Notes: a model not told the origin generated them from the sequence alone. A stretch of DNA of 64,000 nucleotides from an uncultured Gammaproteobacteria bacterium (GCA_964592105.1 CAZQBL010000007.1:58013-122012); one strand, 5' to 3'. Positions 51,908 to 62,067 are shown, counted from the stretch's first letter. Numbers and translations: made by a program.

Positions 51908-54900
51908 TCAATTCTCATCAACATTGATAATCCTGACCTGAGGCCCTCCAGAGCTTCTGGGTATAGTTAAAAGCTCGTCTGCTCCGTCGCCGTCAACATC
52001 ACCACCAGCTAGATTGACGCCTCCCAAAAAGTTGAAGGCATAGACATAGAACTGCTTTTGCATTATTGCCTTGATGTCATAGACCTTGACCAAAGGTTTA
52101 GCATTAAGGCCGACCCCCACCAGCAACTCTTTGGTGCCGTCACCGTTGGTATCGACTCCGGCTAAGGAGACACCACCGCGGTAATCAGCGGAAAAAGCGT
52201 AAAAGCCGGGTGATAAACGGTGAATATTACCCGCTCTTAGTTGAAAAATCTGGATGTGCGGAGCGCCGACTTCGGGGCCGGTCACTATCTCATCCCTGCC
52301 ATCGCCGTCAATGTCGGCTGTGGCAACTTTGATGCCACCCCTGAAATTCCTGTCATAAGCGAAAAAATTGACCCTGATATTGCCATACTGATCATAGACT
52401 AGGACATGGGGGCCGCCACCCTGGCTAGCAGCCACGATAATGTCTTTAACCCCATTGCCGTCGATATCGCCGCAGGAGAGGTTGGCGCCGCCGCTAAATT
52501 TACCGTCCAAGGCAAAAAAGCTAAGCGCAATTTCCTTGCCATAAGCGTTTAAAATTCTGATTTGCGGCCGACCACCTTTCCCGGGTACCGTAATGATCTC
52601 GTCCAAACCGTCGTTATTGACATCACAAGCCGTAACCCTGACTCCAGTGCGCAAAGTTGAGGAGTAGGCGTAAAATTGCGCTTTGACATTGCCCGCGCTG
52701 TCAAAAACTCTGACCTGAGGAGCCATGCCATGACCAGTACCGGTTACTATTTCATCGTTAGCTCCACTCAAAACATTTCCAGAAGCCATATAATAACCAC
52801 CGCGCATGGTCGAAGCATAGGCCATAAAACCGGTACTACTGGCCGTTTTTATGGAATCAACCGCAAAATTATTAGTTGTCTCTGGAGTCTTTTGTGAATA
52901 CTCATAATAAGTATCCGGAGTCGTGCCGCTGGAATCGGTAATACCCAAAGCGCGCTCGCGAGTAGATTTCTGTCCATCAACATTGACTACCGTCACGTCG
53001 TACCAACCTGCATTTAATTTTGACAAAGGTAATTTAACAGCCAAAGACGTGCCTGTTTGTACGTATGTTTTCTCTCCCTCAATATCCCCAAAAAAAGTTT
53101 TAGCACCATAGCGAAAGTTCGTGCCCTTGATCCCGACTTGCAAGCCCGAACCTTTGTCCCAAGAAGGATTCACCACGCTTGGCGAAACCGAGCTGACTGT
53201 GGGCGCGGGATCAGCGTATGGTGCCGTGCCGGTAATATCAATTTTTCTGATCATGTCATTCCAATTGTCAGTCACATACAGACTGTTTGTCACGGTGTCA
53301 ACCAAAAGTCCTTTGGGATTATTAAATTCCGCCGTGGTGCTGGCGCCATTCTTGAAACCACGCTGACCAGAACCGGCAATTAATTTGGAAAGTCCAGTTG
53401 AGGGGTTAAGCTGTCTAATACGCTGCGAACCGACCTCAGAAAAATATAGCATGTTGTCGGGACCCATTTTAACGTATTCAGGATAAGAAAGTACGGCGTT
53501 GGAACCAAGACCTTCTTGATAGCCGGCCGAACCGTTGCCTGCTAAGGTAGAAACTGCACCGGTGGCGATAACGATTTTTCTAATCCGATGATTATTAGAG
53601 TCAGCCACGTATAAATTGCTGCCTGAAGCGTCCATGGTAATGCCAAATGGCCTGTTAAATTTAGCCGCTGCACCAATACCGTCGGCAAAGCCAGCCTCAC
53701 CAGAACCAGCCACCAGCCAGGTTTGACCATCAGAAATTCGCACTTTACGAATACGATTATGACCAGTATCGGTAACATACAAATAAGTATTAGTAGGGTC
53801 GATAACCAAACCGGATGGAGTCTGAAAATAAGCGCAACCCGCCACCCCGGTCGATTCCTGGTCCGCGCATTTCACACCCTCCTGATAGCCGTTGTCTTCC
53901 GTGCCGGCTATATTTGGCAGACCAGCACCGCTAACCAAATAGCTGTATACTGGCGAGGCTTCCAGATTAATACCGCGAATTCTGTTATTCCATCGGTCAG
54001 CGATATAAAGCCTGGTGCCCGAAGAATTGATAACAATTCCCTGAATAGCGCTAAATCTGACCGGCCAGACAGGTGTAGTTGGTGAGTCCACCCCCTCATG
54101 ATAACCATCGACACTGTTACCAATTAAATGCGCTACTTCACGGGTAGCTACAGTAATACGTCTTATTTTATTATTGTCAGCAACGTAAATATACTTCCGA
54201 TCCGGACTCATGACCATGTCGTACGGCCGGCCGAACAGGGCCTCCGAGGCACTGCCGTTACGGTTCCCAAAACGCTCTTTACCGGCCACAAGGTTATTGT
54301 CATGCCAGTTATTTTTATTAAAACGATAAATATTGCCGTTGCCACCGAGATATAAATAATCGCCGGAAATTCTGATGCCGGAATCGACGTTCATGCCGAG
54401 CATTGAAGCGTCATAATAAAACTGCGAAGTTACTCTCGAAACTAGGTCAAGCTTGCGGATAATGCCAGTACGGGTTTGATCCTGGTCAACCACATAAATA
54501 ACATTGGCATCATCGTCAATTACAATCCCGCCCAAGTGATAAAACTGGGCTTCGGCAAAAGGGCCTTCCGCATAACCAGCCGTGCCACTGCCTATGGTAT
54601 CCTGAACTCTGCCACTGGTCGCCGACAATTTCAAAATACGGTAATGCCCGGCATCCAAAACATAAATAGAACTTCCGTCAGAGGTTATGTCCATTTTGGT
54701 TGGAGCGGAGAGGTCCGTACTGTTAAGCGTGATCATGGTACCGGTGGACAAAGTAAATCTTTTCAAAGCATTGCTTCCGGAATCAAGAATATACAGATAA
54801 TCACCGTAAACAGCAATACCAATCGGCGCCTTCAGTTGGTCAGCCGTTACGACGGTGGAAACTATACCACCGGCAATTTTTCGAATGGTGTGACTTGAAC

Positions 54901-55264
54901 TATCAGAAACATAAATCTCTCCCCCGCCGCCGATGGCTATACCTTTGGGCAGGGCAAACTCGGCCTGGGTGACGGCACCGTCCGTGTTGCCATAACTACC
55001 AGTACCGGCCAAGGTGGAGATAATGCCGCTATTATCAATGGCCCGAATGACGTTATTATAGGTATCGGCAATGTACATGGTGCCACCTGAATCAAAAACC
55101 AAATCCTCGGGAAAATCCAGATAGGCGCTAACGGCCTGACCGCCGTCACCGTCATACAATTTGCCCAAGTACGTGGTTACATCACCGTACGCGGCCTGAG
55201 CGCTGGGCGCGTACAAAGACAACATGGCTACCAAACTTAAAATAGTAATGATTTTTTTAGCCAT
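51908..55264 (-). CDS. giant secreted surface protein with NHL repeats, an IPT/TIG-like domain and five FG-GAP/VCBS repeats
   Basis: Signal peptide. At least 7 NHL-type blades (YVADTYNNVIRAID, YVSDSSSHTIRKIA, YIADRWNNRIRGINL, YVTDTGHNRIRKV, YVADSNNHRIRKIV, YVTDNWNDMIRKID...). C-terminal D.DGDG..E repeats (DVNNDGLDEIIT, DIDGNGVKDIIV, DIDGDGRDEIVT, DTNGDGTKELLV, DVDGDGADELLT). Confidence 0.7.
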   Translation of the reverse strand: MAKKIITILSLVAMLSLYAPSAQAAYGDVTTYLGKLYDGDGGQAVSAYLDFPEDLVFDSGGTMYIADTYNNVIRAIDNSGIISTLAGTGSYGNTDGAVTQAEFALPKGIAIGGGGEIYVSDSSSHTIRKIAGGIVSTVVTADQLKAPIGIAVYGDYLYILDSGSNALKRFTLSTGTMITLNSTDLSAPTKMDITSDGSSIYVLDAGHYRILKLSATSGRVQDTIGSGTAGYAEGPFAEAQFYHLGGIVIDDDANVIYVVDQDQTRTGIIRKLDLVSRVTSQFYYDASMLGMNVDSGIRISGDYLYLGGNGNIYRFNKNNWHDNNLVAGKERFGNRNGSASEALFGRPYDMVMSPDRKYIYVADNNKIRRITVATREVAHLIGNSVDGYHEGVDSPTTPVWPVRFSAIQGIVINSSGTRLYIADRWNNRIRGINLEASPVYSYLVSGAGLPNIAGTEDNGYQEGVKCADQESTGVAGCAYFQTPSGLVIDPTNTYLYVTDTGHNRIRKVRISDGQTWLVAGSGEAGFADGIGAAAKFNRPFGITMDASGSNLYVADSNNHRIRKIVIATGAVSTLAGNGSAGYQEGLGSNAVLSYPEYVKMGPDNMLYFSEVGSQRIRQLNPSTGLSKLIAGSGQRGFKNGASTTAEFNNPKGLLVDTVTNSLYVTDNWNDMIRKIDITGTAPYADPAPTVSSVSPSVVNPSWDKGSGLQVGIKGTNFRYGAKTFFGDIEGEKTYVQTGTSLAVKLPLSKLNAGWYDVTVVNVDGQKSTRERALGITDSSGTTPDTYYEYSQKTPETTNNFAVDSIKTASSTGFMAYASTMRGGYYMASGNVLSGANDEIVTGTGHGMAPQVRVFDSAGNVKAQFYAYSSTLRTGVRVTACDVNNDGLDEIITVPGKGGRPQIRILNAYGKEIALSFFALDGKFSGGANLSCGDIDGNGVKDIIVAASQGGGPHVLVYDQYGNIRVNFFAYDRNFRGGIKVATADIDGDGRDEIVTGPEVGAPHIQIFQLRAGNIHRLSPGFYAFSADYRGGVSLAGVDTNGDGTKELLVGVGLNAKPLVKVYDIKAIMQKQFYVYAFNFLGGVNLAGGDVDGDGADELLTIPRSSGGPQVRIINVDEN

Positions 55265-56480
55265 ATGTTTTTATTATTAATAAACTTTGCCAATTAATTA
55301 TCAATAAAAACATTATTAGAGCGGCGCTTCCCCATTTTTTCAAAAATCGTGGCAACAACTGCAACAAGCCGACCGCCATGATCAAACCGTAAATGCCGAT
55401 AATCGAAAACATATACCTACCCTGGGGCTGGTAAAAACTCAAATTATAACCGAAAACTCCGACTAGAATAACAGCCGCCAAAATAATCATCAAAAGTATT
55501 GACGCCCGCCTGTCCTTATCCATAATTTTGAATTTATTAAATAAGAAAGCAATAAAACCGATTATGGCTAGCAGCCCCAACACCTCCACAATTACATAAT
55601 AGACCCTCGGCAAAGCCAGATCAAAATACCCAAACCTGGCCCAAAAACTTTCATATAACGTTTTCAGCCAATTCCAAATGCCTGATAAATTTAAAAAATC
55701 CCGGTGCTGCTCTGAATACCACAAATCTTTCAAATAATTAAAACCAGTCAAACTGCCGTAAAGCCTCTGGTTCCTTGCCAGCCACCAAACCATGACCGCG
55801 TACAATGGAGAAAAAACCAACAAGCTGTGCAACAACTGTTTTTTTCCTGATCTCCAAAGAGCTGTTATAAAAAGGACTGACACGAATGGCCATAAAACCG
55901 TTTTTGTAAGAAAAGCGGCTGTTCCGACCAGGCAAAAAACAAGCGTCCGGACCCAATTCCAACCTCCTTTGACGATGAACAAAATCAACAACAACAGACA
56001 CAAAGCTGCCAACATATTGGTCAGAACATCGTTATTAATAATTCCCGACATATAAATGAACTGGGGATTCAGGGCAACCAGAGCTGTGGCCGTCAAAGAT
56101 ATCAAGTCATTACCCAAAAATAACTTGCGCATCATAAAATAAGTCATGATAATTACGGTGCTGGATATTATCAGTCCGAAGAACCGCAGGGCCACTACGC
56201 TCCCCCGTTCTGACCATGATTTTGTCAGTTGGTAAATCGGCTGAACTAACCAGTAATACAATGGCGGCTGGTGCGATTCTTTGGTTACCTTTTCTGAAGT
56301 TATGACGGGTAATTTGCCGGTCTGACCGACAGTTTTTACATAATAGTAATGCATACGTTCATCCGGCGCCTTAAAAGTATTGGTGAATAAAATGAACAAA
56401 GAACCAAAACCAAGATATAAAAGTAAAAACAAAACAAAGGTGATGACTGAGTAGTTTTTCCGTATATATTGAATCGTCAC
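55257..56480 (-). CDS. GT-C fold membrane glycosyltransferase (GT39/GT83, PMT/ArnT-like)
   Basis: ~11 TM helices; the first extracytoplasmic loop carries KAPDERMHYYY (DE motif of GT-C enzymes). Overlaps the downstream surface-protein gene by 8 nt. Confidence 0.5.
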   Translation of the reverse strand: MTIQYIRKNYSVITFVLFLLLYLGFGSLFILFTNTFKAPDERMHYYYVKTVGQTGKLPVITSEKVTKESHQPPLYYWLVQPIYQLTKSWSERGSVVALRFFGLIISSTVIIMTYFMMRKLFLGNDLISLTATALVALNPQFIYMSGIINNDVLTNMLAALCLLLLILFIVKGGWNWVRTLVFCLVGTAAFLTKTVLWPFVSVLFITALWRSGKKQLLHSLLVFSPLYAVMVWWLARNQRLYGSLTGFNYLKDLWYSEQHRDFLNLSGIWNWLKTLYESFWARFGYFDLALPRVYYVIVEVLGLLAIIGFIAFLFNKFKIMDKDRRASILLMIILAAVILVGVFGYNLSFYQPQGRYMFSIIGIYGLIMAVGLLQLLPRFLKKWGSAALIMFLLIINWQSLLIIKTYG

Positions 56481-56756
56481 AAGTGAAAAAAATAATTACG
56501 GGTTACACAAAAACTAGCCCTGGTTAATCCGGTGCTTGTGTCGTATTTATTATAAATACTTGTCATAATATAATTTTTTTTGATTTTTGTTTTTCGTTTA
56601 ACTAATACTATTATATCATAAAAAAAGAGTTTTAGCAAGGTCGCCTTGCTTATTTTTATTTGTTAAAAACTTTTTAAAATTGTTCATTCCATAAATTACA
56701 AATAATGGTGGGCGATAAAAAAGGGGCCGCACGTTTTTCGTGTGACCCCGTAAGGT

Positions 56757-57482
56757 TCAGGTGTCGCAGTAGACAGTGAAAATAAAAGGATAGTCTTCCT
56801 CGGCATCGTAAATAAACACTCTTGCTATCTCGGTTTTTTTAGTCATCGGAGGAAAATAAAGTTGCGCCCTGATTGTCTGATCATGATTCAACAACAGCTT
56901 TTCGTTAATGGGCACTATGTCAATAGATTTGAGGTACAAAACCTTGCCATGACCATAGATAATATGAGTTCTCTGGTCTGCGCTGACATACACCTTCGAT
57001 GTCCGCGGATTGCTCCAGGATACCGTTACTCTGGTGAATTCTGTTGTCATTTTTATTTCCTCAAATTTCAGTGTGTAGTTTTTAGCCTGAGGGGTAACAA
57101 TGTGCTGTCTGACAATTACTGTTTTTTCAGAAACTGGACGAGAACCACTTATATCCTCAAGTAGATGCCCGCCGTATTTCACAACCACCCATCCCACAAT
57201 TACTATAATAGCAATCGTGAATAGAGTGGAAATGATTCTGGAAACTCCGGATTTCTTTGAGACCCGGACACCAGATGCCGGGGCAGATTTCCTGGCTCCC
57301 ATCTCGGGTTTGGCCAACGGCTTTTTTTCTTTTGACTCAATTTCCTCAAGATCGGCCGCCCACTGTTTAGCAAACAGTGAAAAGCCGCCAATCACAAGTG
57401 AAGTAAAGAGGAGGCCAGTTATGACCAACACTGGGAAGGGTAATTGCCAAACTTCTTTGAATAATCTAAATAATTCTGCCAT
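56757..57482 (-). CDS. membrane protein with a C-terminal beta-rich domain (possible NfeD-like partner of the adjacent SPFH protein)
   Basis: Two TM helices, a Lys/Ser-rich linker, then a beta-strand-rich ~130-aa domain. Ends 10 nt downstream of the SPFH gene stop on the same strand. Confidence 0.35.
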   Translation of the reverse strand: MAELFRLFKEVWQLPFPVLVITGLLFTSLVIGGFSLFAKQWAADLEEIESKEKKPLAKPEMGARKSAPASGVRVSKKSGVSRIISTLFTIAIIVIVGWVVVKYGGHLLEDISGSRPVSEKTVIVRQHIVTPQAKNYTLKFEEIKMTTEFTRVTVSWSNPRTSKVYVSADQRTHIIYGHGKVLYLKSIDIVPINEKLLLNHDQTIRAQLYFPPMTKKTEIARVFIYDAEEDYPFIFTVYCDT

Positions 57483-57491
57483 GGCTCCTCC

Positions 57492-59099
57492 TTATGCCTT
57501 GTTACCAAGTCCGAGAAGATTCAAAATCTTATCGATATCCGGTACAGCGACAAGGTTAATACTCGTGCCCTGCAAGGCCTTGGCCATTTCAGCCAATGGT
57601 TTATCGCCAAAGACTAGAAACTTAAGGTAAGGCCCCACCTTCTTCACATCATCATCAGTAATCTTAGCCATGGCTTGACTCTTGGCTTCAAATTCGGCCA
57701 AGATCTTCGCCTTATTGGCTTCTGCCTCACCCCGACCTTTCAGTATAATCGCTGCTTTTTCGCCTTCAGCCTCCTTAATTCTGGCCTTGGCTTCAAAAGC
57801 TTTCTGATCAATCTGGACCTTTGAAATGGCCTTCTTGTCTAGTGCCGAAACCATGGCTTCGGTGGGTTTTACGCCCCTGACCACTACGCGTTCAAACTTA
57901 ATACCCAAATACTGCAAATCATCCTTGAGTATCTGGTTTAGCTCTTCAGAAAGCCCGTCACGCATTGTCAGGGCTTCCTCCAGACTGCCAATCCCACTGG
58001 CGACGTAGGCCCGGACAAACGAGGCCACCTTATCACCGATGAGACCCAACATCAGTTTTGAACTACCATCTTCGGAAATACGGGTCGTTTCTTCCAGTTT
58101 TGCCTTGATATCCCAGTACGAGGTTCCTAGTTCCGTGACCACGTCCCAAATCTTATCAAAGTGATAAGCAATGGAGGTGTCCACCTCAATCGATTGCGAT
58201 TCATCACCGATGATTATCACGTTCTCCGGAACCATATCATAGTACTGCACGGCTAGAGGGAGTTTAACTAATGAACCTAATTTCCAGGGCACCAAATGAG
58301 GTCCACGATCAACTTCTTCATAGGGCATACCCATAAAAAATTTGATGCCTTTTTCGGTGTTTCCGACCAACCTGATACTTAAAAACAGGTAAAAAAATCC
58401 AGCCGTGCCAAAGAATATCAAAAAAATCAAGGTGTAGGGACCAAAAACCCAATCGGTCTTTTCCAGTCTTAACACAAACCATATTAAAGCGGAGATAATA
58501 ACCAGAACCCCGGCAATCATTATTGGAAATAGCCCCTTTTTTACGTACTCACGTTGGGCCTCCCTTTTTTCTTTCTTCAACTTACGGAAGCCCTCGATTT
58601 CAACTACTGTCTTTGCTCCACTGATACCGGTACTGGTAATCGTTCCGCCTTCACGGTACGCTTCCATAACATTCTCGTTAAATTTCTCCAGCTCACTTTG
58701 GCAGTCTGCTATCTCTTTTTCAAGTTTGGTAATTGCGACGGAGTCTGACTTTCTCCTTTTTTCTTTTTTTAGGGCCTTCTTTCTTCGGAGCTCATTATTC
58801 AGTTTTCTCTTGGACTCAAACAATTTTTTTCTTAGCAAATCGTAATTTTTCTGCTCCTTTCGAAACCCCCGTTCCAGCTCAAGAATTTTATCATTCGTAT
58901 CTTTGATGGCCTTTTTGCCTAGTAGAGCCACCTTCCACCAATGAATAATCGCAGTAATTGAAAACAGTACAACATTCATCAAAAGATAGACCGGCCAGCA
59001 CCAGTCACAGCCGGTAGCAATAACTCCAATTAACCCAATGGCTGAAAGGGCAATAGCTACCCAGAAAAACGACTTGAAGAACTTATTTAAAGCTTCCAT
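57492..59099 (-). CDS. SPFH/Band-7 (flotillin/stomatin-like) membrane protein with a long coiled coil
   Basis: N-terminal TM helices, a K/E-rich coiled coil, further TM helices, then an SPFH core (...FERVVVRGVKPTEAMVSALDKKAISKVQIDQKAFEAKARIKEAEGEKAAIILKGRGEAEANKA). Confidence 0.7.
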   Translation of the reverse strand: MEALNKFFKSFFWVAIALSAIGLIGVIATGCDWCWPVYLLMNVVLFSITAIIHWWKVALLGKKAIKDTNDKILELERGFRKEQKNYDLLRKKLFESKRKLNNELRRKKALKKEKRRKSDSVAITKLEKEIADCQSELEKFNENVMEAYREGGTITSTGISGAKTVVEIEGFRKLKKEKREAQREYVKKGLFPIMIAGVLVIISALIWFVLRLEKTDWVFGPYTLIFLIFFGTAGFFYLFLSIRLVGNTEKGIKFFMGMPYEEVDRGPHLVPWKLGSLVKLPLAVQYYDMVPENVIIIGDESQSIEVDTSIAYHFDKIWDVVTELGTSYWDIKAKLEETTRISEDGSSKLMLGLIGDKVASFVRAYVASGIGSLEEALTMRDGLSEELNQILKDDLQYLGIKFERVVVRGVKPTEAMVSALDKKAISKVQIDQKAFEAKARIKEAEGEKAAIILKGRGEAEANKAKILAEFEAKSQAMAKITDDDVKKVGPYLKFLVFGDKPLAEMAKALQGTSINLVAVPDIDKILNLLGLGNKA

Positions 59100-59424
59100 A
59101 ACTTCCTCCTTTAAAGGAATTATTGTTTTATTATTGTTTTATTTACTTTTCAATGATCTTTCCTTAACACCTTAACCCCAAGTGTGCCTGTTTGCGCTTG
59201 CTTGATAATTTACACCAAGAGTAAATTATCAGAGCCTACAATATTACACCATTTTGACGATTTTGTCAAGTCCACTTTAAAAAATACTTATCAACAAGCG
59301 GAAAATTATGAAAAAATAATCTAATTTACCACCTTGACAATATAAATCACCTATACTAGGCTTGTTTAAAAAGCCAATCAACAAAAAAATAACAAGAATC
59401 GAACTTTGAAAAAAGGAGGAGAAA

Positions 59425-59859
59425 ATGAAAACCTATGATGATATGACTCCAGGATTTGTCTTTAGTTTGTCGGCGATAATTTTTGTAATTTCGTTTACGT
59501 TCCTAATTTCCTACCTAACTTTCTACGACTCGACTCGAGATTACGTGGTGATAAAATACGAGATAATCAATCCTGGTGGTTTTCAGAACAAAGTAAAAGC
59601 AGCAGGATATCTAGGAGCTTTTATCTATAATCGTATTAAAACAAAACCAGAACTGGCAAGATTTAATAAAAAAATTCATTGTCGGCGCCTCTCTTCAGAC
59701 TTAGAATTTCATTTCCAACGTGAATTCAAAGATTATGAAGAGGCGCTAAACTGGACACAAGAAGCAGAAAAAGAAATTGATAAATTACTATCAGAGAACC
59801 AATCTTACCTCAAACTAGTAAACATAAAACCTCCTGTCCACAAAATAGAATTAAGATAA
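59425..59859 (+). CDS. hypothetical membrane-anchored protein (144 aa)
   Basis: Strong SD (AAAAGGAGGAGAAAATG), one N-terminal TM helix, no recognised family. Confidence 0.45.
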   Translation: MKTYDDMTPGFVFSLSAIIFVISFTFLISYLTFYDSTRDYVVIKYEIINPGGFQNKVKAAGYLGAFIYNRIKTKPELARFNKKIHCRRLSSDLEFHFQREFKDYEEALNWTQEAEKEIDKLLSENQSYLKLVNIKPPVHKIELR

Positions 59860-59917
59860 CTTAGTTTTGCTTAAGCCTCTTATTTTAATAAGGGGCTTTG
59901 GTTTTTCCTGCCCATCG

Positions 59918-60778
59918 CTATCTCTTTAACGTCCGCCCATCACTTATCATCTCAACATCACCCTCTTTATCATTTCTCAAAATTTGAACCCCCAAGCCAT
60001 TCAATTTATTCAAGGTAATTTTATGAGGATGGCCGAATTTGTTATCCTGGCCGACCTGAATAACCGCGTACTGCGGGCAAACTGCTTTCAAAAACTCCAT
60101 TGACGACGAATACTTGCTGCCGTGATGTCCGACTTTCAAAACATCGCTTTTTAATTCTGCTGGCTTTTGCCTTAACAGTTGTCTTTCAACTGTCTCGGGT
60201 GCATCACCGGTAAAAAGGAATGAAGTATCCTGATATTCCAGACGGGTAACTATCGAAGTATCATTAAGATCCTTAAATTCTTTTTGACTGATATCCTCAA
60301 ATGGATATAAAATTTCCAAATCCGCCTCGCCAAACTTATAAACCTGACCGGCCGCTGGTTTAACCATGGCGATTCCTTTTTGGGAAATCAAATCTCGCCA
60401 TTCCCTAAAATCCGCAGAACTGCTGGCCACTTCAGTGTATAAAACTTTTTCAACCTTGTAGCGCTTGACCACCTCAACCAAGCCGGCCACATGATCGGAG
60501 TGCGCGTGAGTCAGAATCATCAAATCTATGGTGTGATCATAAAAAGGCAGAGCTCTGCCCAGTTTGCTCAGCACCGACGAATCAGGTCCGCCGTCAATCA
60601 AGATATTCTGATGCGACGGAGTTCTGATAAAGATACTGTCACCCTGACCGATATCGAAAAAATACACCTTTAACCGGCTGTCCTGCTCATTAAAATAAAC
60701 TGAAAAAAGCAGAAAAGCCGAAATTATCAGTAAGCCGATTAAACCTGCAAGTATTTTTTTGTTTCTCGTTTTGGTCAT
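59918..60778 (-). CDS. ComEC/Rec2-related metallo-beta-lactamase domain protein (membrane-anchored)
   Basis: N-terminal TM helix, then VYFFDIGQGDSIFIRTP...LMILTHAHSDHVAGL (MBL HxHxDH motif). This region corresponds to the C-terminal domain of full-length ComEC. Confidence 0.75.
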   Translation of the reverse strand: MTKTRNKKILAGLIGLLIISAFLLFSVYFNEQDSRLKVYFFDIGQGDSIFIRTPSHQNILIDGGPDSSVLSKLGRALPFYDHTIDLMILTHAHSDHVAGLVEVVKRYKVEKVLYTEVASSSADFREWRDLISQKGIAMVKPAAGQVYKFGEADLEILYPFEDISQKEFKDLNDTSIVTRLEYQDTSFLFTGDAPETVERQLLRQKPAELKSDVLKVGHHGSKYSSSMEFLKAVCPQYAVIQVGQDNKFGHPHKITLNKLNGLGVQILRNDKEGDVEMISDGRTLKR

Positions 60779-60875
60779 TGACCTGTAAAAAGATAAATGC
60801 TAAACTAACAAAACCTTTGCTATTTGAAAATTTACTAATATAAACCCCAAACTTTCAAAAAATAAGGAGGACGTT

Positions 60876-62045
60876 TTGAGCAAAATTACCCTCACTGCCA
60901 TCAAGGCAGACATCGGCAGCATCGGCGGACACATAAAACCCTCACAAGCAATTCTGGAAGCGGTCAGAACGGCTATTGGCGAAGAAAAGGCGATAACAGA
61001 CTTCCGCATCACCTACACTGGCGACGATATCCTGATACTCATGGCGCATCATGAAGGGATCAACAGCTGGGTTATCCATGCGGCCGCCGATCGTGTTTTC
61101 CGCCAAGCCACGGAAATTGCCAAACGACAGGGCTTGTACGGGGCCGGTCAGGACCTTTTGACCGACGCTTTTTCCGGAAATGTCAAAGGTGCGGGTCCCG
61201 GAATCGCCGAGATGGAATTCGAGGAAAGGCCAAATGAGGCCTTTATCGTCTTCGCCGCGGACAAAACCGATCCCGGTGCTTACAATCTGCCTTTGTACCT
61301 GGCTTTCGCCGATCCCATGTACAACGCCGGCTTACTACTGACCGCGCACATGCAAAAAGGCTTCACTTTTTCCATCATCGACGTCAATTACGCGGAATGC
61401 AAGCAATGCGGAAAATTCCATTTTACCGATCAGCGCTGCGCTGAGGCCACGGCTAACAACCCCAAAGGCGACCGGCTCATAAAACTGTCGGCGCCCGAGG
61501 ACATCTACAAAATCGCCGCTCTGCTCCGCGACGGCGAAAGATTCGCCATCCAGTCCATCCATTCCCGATATGATGGTTCCCAAGCTGCCTCTGTCTCCAC
61601 CACCCGGCTCCACAACATCGCCGGCAAATACACAGGTAAGGACGATCCGTGCGCCATTGTTCGGGTCCAAGGCTCATTTCCAGCGACGGGAGAAGTGCTT
61701 TCCCCCTTTGCTCTGGGACATTTGGTGGGCGGCTTCATGCGCGGTTCGCATAACGGCCCGCTGATGCCGGTAAAACAAAATGAGATTATTTCCTTTTTCG
61801 ACGGCCCGCCGATTGTTTCCTGCGCCGCTTACTGCGTCAAGGACGGCAAGCTGACCGAAGCTGTTGATGTTTTTGACCACCCCGTATGGCACTATATCCG
61901 CCAGGAAGTTGCCCGCAAGTCAGTGGATATCAGACGTCAAGGATTCTTCGGTGCGGCCATGCTGCCCATGACCGAGCTTGAATATGGCGGCATTGTCGCC
62001 ATCCTCCAATCTCTTGACACACAGTTTGAGATTGTTCCAAGCTAA
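60876..62045 (+). CDS. fbp: fructose-1,6-bisphosphate aldolase/phosphatase (class V FBPase, bifunctional)
   Basis: TTG start after AAGGAGG. The N-terminus SKITLTAIKADIGSIGGH...GDDILILMAHHEG...LYGAGQDLLTDAFSGNVKGAGPGIAEMEFEE matches the archaeal-type FBP aldolase/phosphatase signature (KADIGS..GH, Y..GQDL.SD.FSGN..G.GPG.AE). The gene is ~54% GC against ~40% in its flanks. Confidence 0.85.
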   Translation: MSKITLTAIKADIGSIGGHIKPSQAILEAVRTAIGEEKAITDFRITYTGDDILILMAHHEGINSWVIHAAADRVFRQATEIAKRQGLYGAGQDLLTDAFSGNVKGAGPGIAEMEFEERPNEAFIVFAADKTDPGAYNLPLYLAFADPMYNAGLLLTAHMQKGFTFSIIDVNYAECKQCGKFHFTDQRCAEATANNPKGDRLIKLSAPEDIYKIAALLRDGERFAIQSIHSRYDGSQAASVSTTRLHNIAGKYTGKDDPCAIVRVQGSFPATGEVLSPFALGHLVGGFMRGSHNGPLMPVKQNEIISFFDGPPIVSCAAYCVKDGKLTEAVDVFDHPVWHYIRQEVARKSVDIRRQGFFGAAMLPMTELEYGGIVAILQSLDTQFEIVPS

Positions 62046-62067
62046 AAAAACACTCCATTATTAAATC

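Noticed and set aside
61335-61892. Cluster of 60-111 aa antisense ORFs inside fbp
   Set aside because: They lie opposite a clearly conserved enzyme gene. High GC removes stop codons from the antisense frames, so they are spurious.
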